A stretch of 24,000 bases of DNA from Phycisphaerae bacterium. Its GTDB lineage: Bacteria > Planctomycetota > Phycisphaerae > UBA1845 > PWPN01. The DNA lies in contig JAUCQB010000201.1 in the NCBI GenBank assembly GCA_030372985.1, forward strand, positions 1 to 24,000. Direction: 5' to 3'. This document shows, one piece after another, positions 23,544 to 24,000 of the stretch; position 1 is the first letter of the stretch, and each line of letters starts with the position of its first letter. Below the pieces are notes generated by a model, which saw nothing but the letters and a program-made list of their open reading frames with translations, searched no databases and had not been told where the DNA came from. The position numbers were made by a program, and so were the translations under genes.

Positions 23544-24000
23544 ACGATCCGATTGCCGCCGCTATTTCCGACCATCGCCGACTGCTTCAGGGTCTGGACG
23601 CCCACGGACCTCTGCTTCGCGACATCGCCCGAACAGTCATTGACGCCATCGAGGACGGCCACCGCGTGTTCATTCTGGGCAACGGGGGCAGCGCGGCCGA
23701 CGCCCAGCACATTGCCGCCGAACTGGTCGGCCGTTTCAAACGGGACCGGCGTCCCCTGCCGGCCATCGCACTGACCACGGATACCTCTAATCTGCTGTCC
23801 ATCGGCAACGATTACGGCTTCGGCCATGTGTTCACCCGCCAGGTGGAGGGGCTGGTTCGGGCCGGAGACGTGGTCTGGGCCTTGTCCACCTCCGGGAATT
23901 CATCCAATGTGCTTGAGGCGGTCCAGGCCGCACGGTTGCTGGAGGCCTGCGTGATCGGCTTCTCCGGAAGAACGGGCGGCAGGCTAAAGCCTCTTTGTGA
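23540..24000 (+). CDS. gmhA: Phosphoheptose isomerase (SIS domain), partial, runs off the window
   Basis: MNDPIAAAISDHRR..VFILGNGGSAADAQHIAAELVGRFKRDRRPLPAIALTTDTSNLLSIGNDYGF..VWALSTSGNSSNV; ATGA overlap with hldE. Confidence 0.93.
   Translation, partial: MNDPIAAAISDHRRLLQGLDAHGPLLRDIARTVIDAIEDGHRVFILGNGGSAADAQHIAAELVGRFKRDRRPLPAIALTTDTSNLLSIGNDYGFGHVFTRQVEGLVRAGDVVWALSTSGNSSNVLEAVQAARLLEACVIGFSGRTGGRLKPLC

Noticed and set aside
1-24000. CRISPR arrays, insertion sequences, phage genes, defence islands
   Set aside because: No regularly spaced direct repeats, transposase or defence-family ORFs noticed; the lone HNH protein belongs to a widespread chromosomal family rather than an obvious defence system.

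Overview
GC-rich bacterial chromosomal window, probably from a Planctomycetes/Phycisphaerae-like genome. That assignment is inferred from gene-family flavour (HYExAFE motif protein, DUF2961/GH172, short-spacer HNH protein), not from a search. Most of it is conserved housekeeping. Minus strand: cca/poly(A) polymerase-family nucleotidyltransferase, rsmD, an unusual MDR dehydrogenase plus divergent class II aldolase pair, YhbY-like RNA-binding protein, pgeF, a second zinc-type dehydrogenase, a Cys-rich small ORF and xerD/xerC. Plus strand: YkgJ-type Cys cluster protein, hisS, HYExAFE protein, three small membrane-anchored proteins, bioB, a beta-ketoacyl-ACP synthase II-like gene, frr, a polytopic membrane protein, HNH endonuclease, trpA, DUF2961/GH172-like secreted protein, hldE and gmhA (runs off the end). 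No rRNA, tRNA, CRISPR array or transposon was recognised. The first 42 bases contain an exact Nextera transposase adapter (assembly artefact). Items most worth following up: (i) a strong promoter plus two mutually exclusive leader hairpins upstream of an HNH gene that appears to lack a canonical start codon; (ii) back-to-back perfect inverted repeats (8 bp and 12 bp arms) in the intergenic region before hldE; (iii) the HYExAFE protein with a possible PD-(D/E)XK core; (iv) tandem paralogous small membrane proteins upstream of bioB and a ketosynthase; (v) the non-canonical MDR dehydrogenase/aldolase pair.
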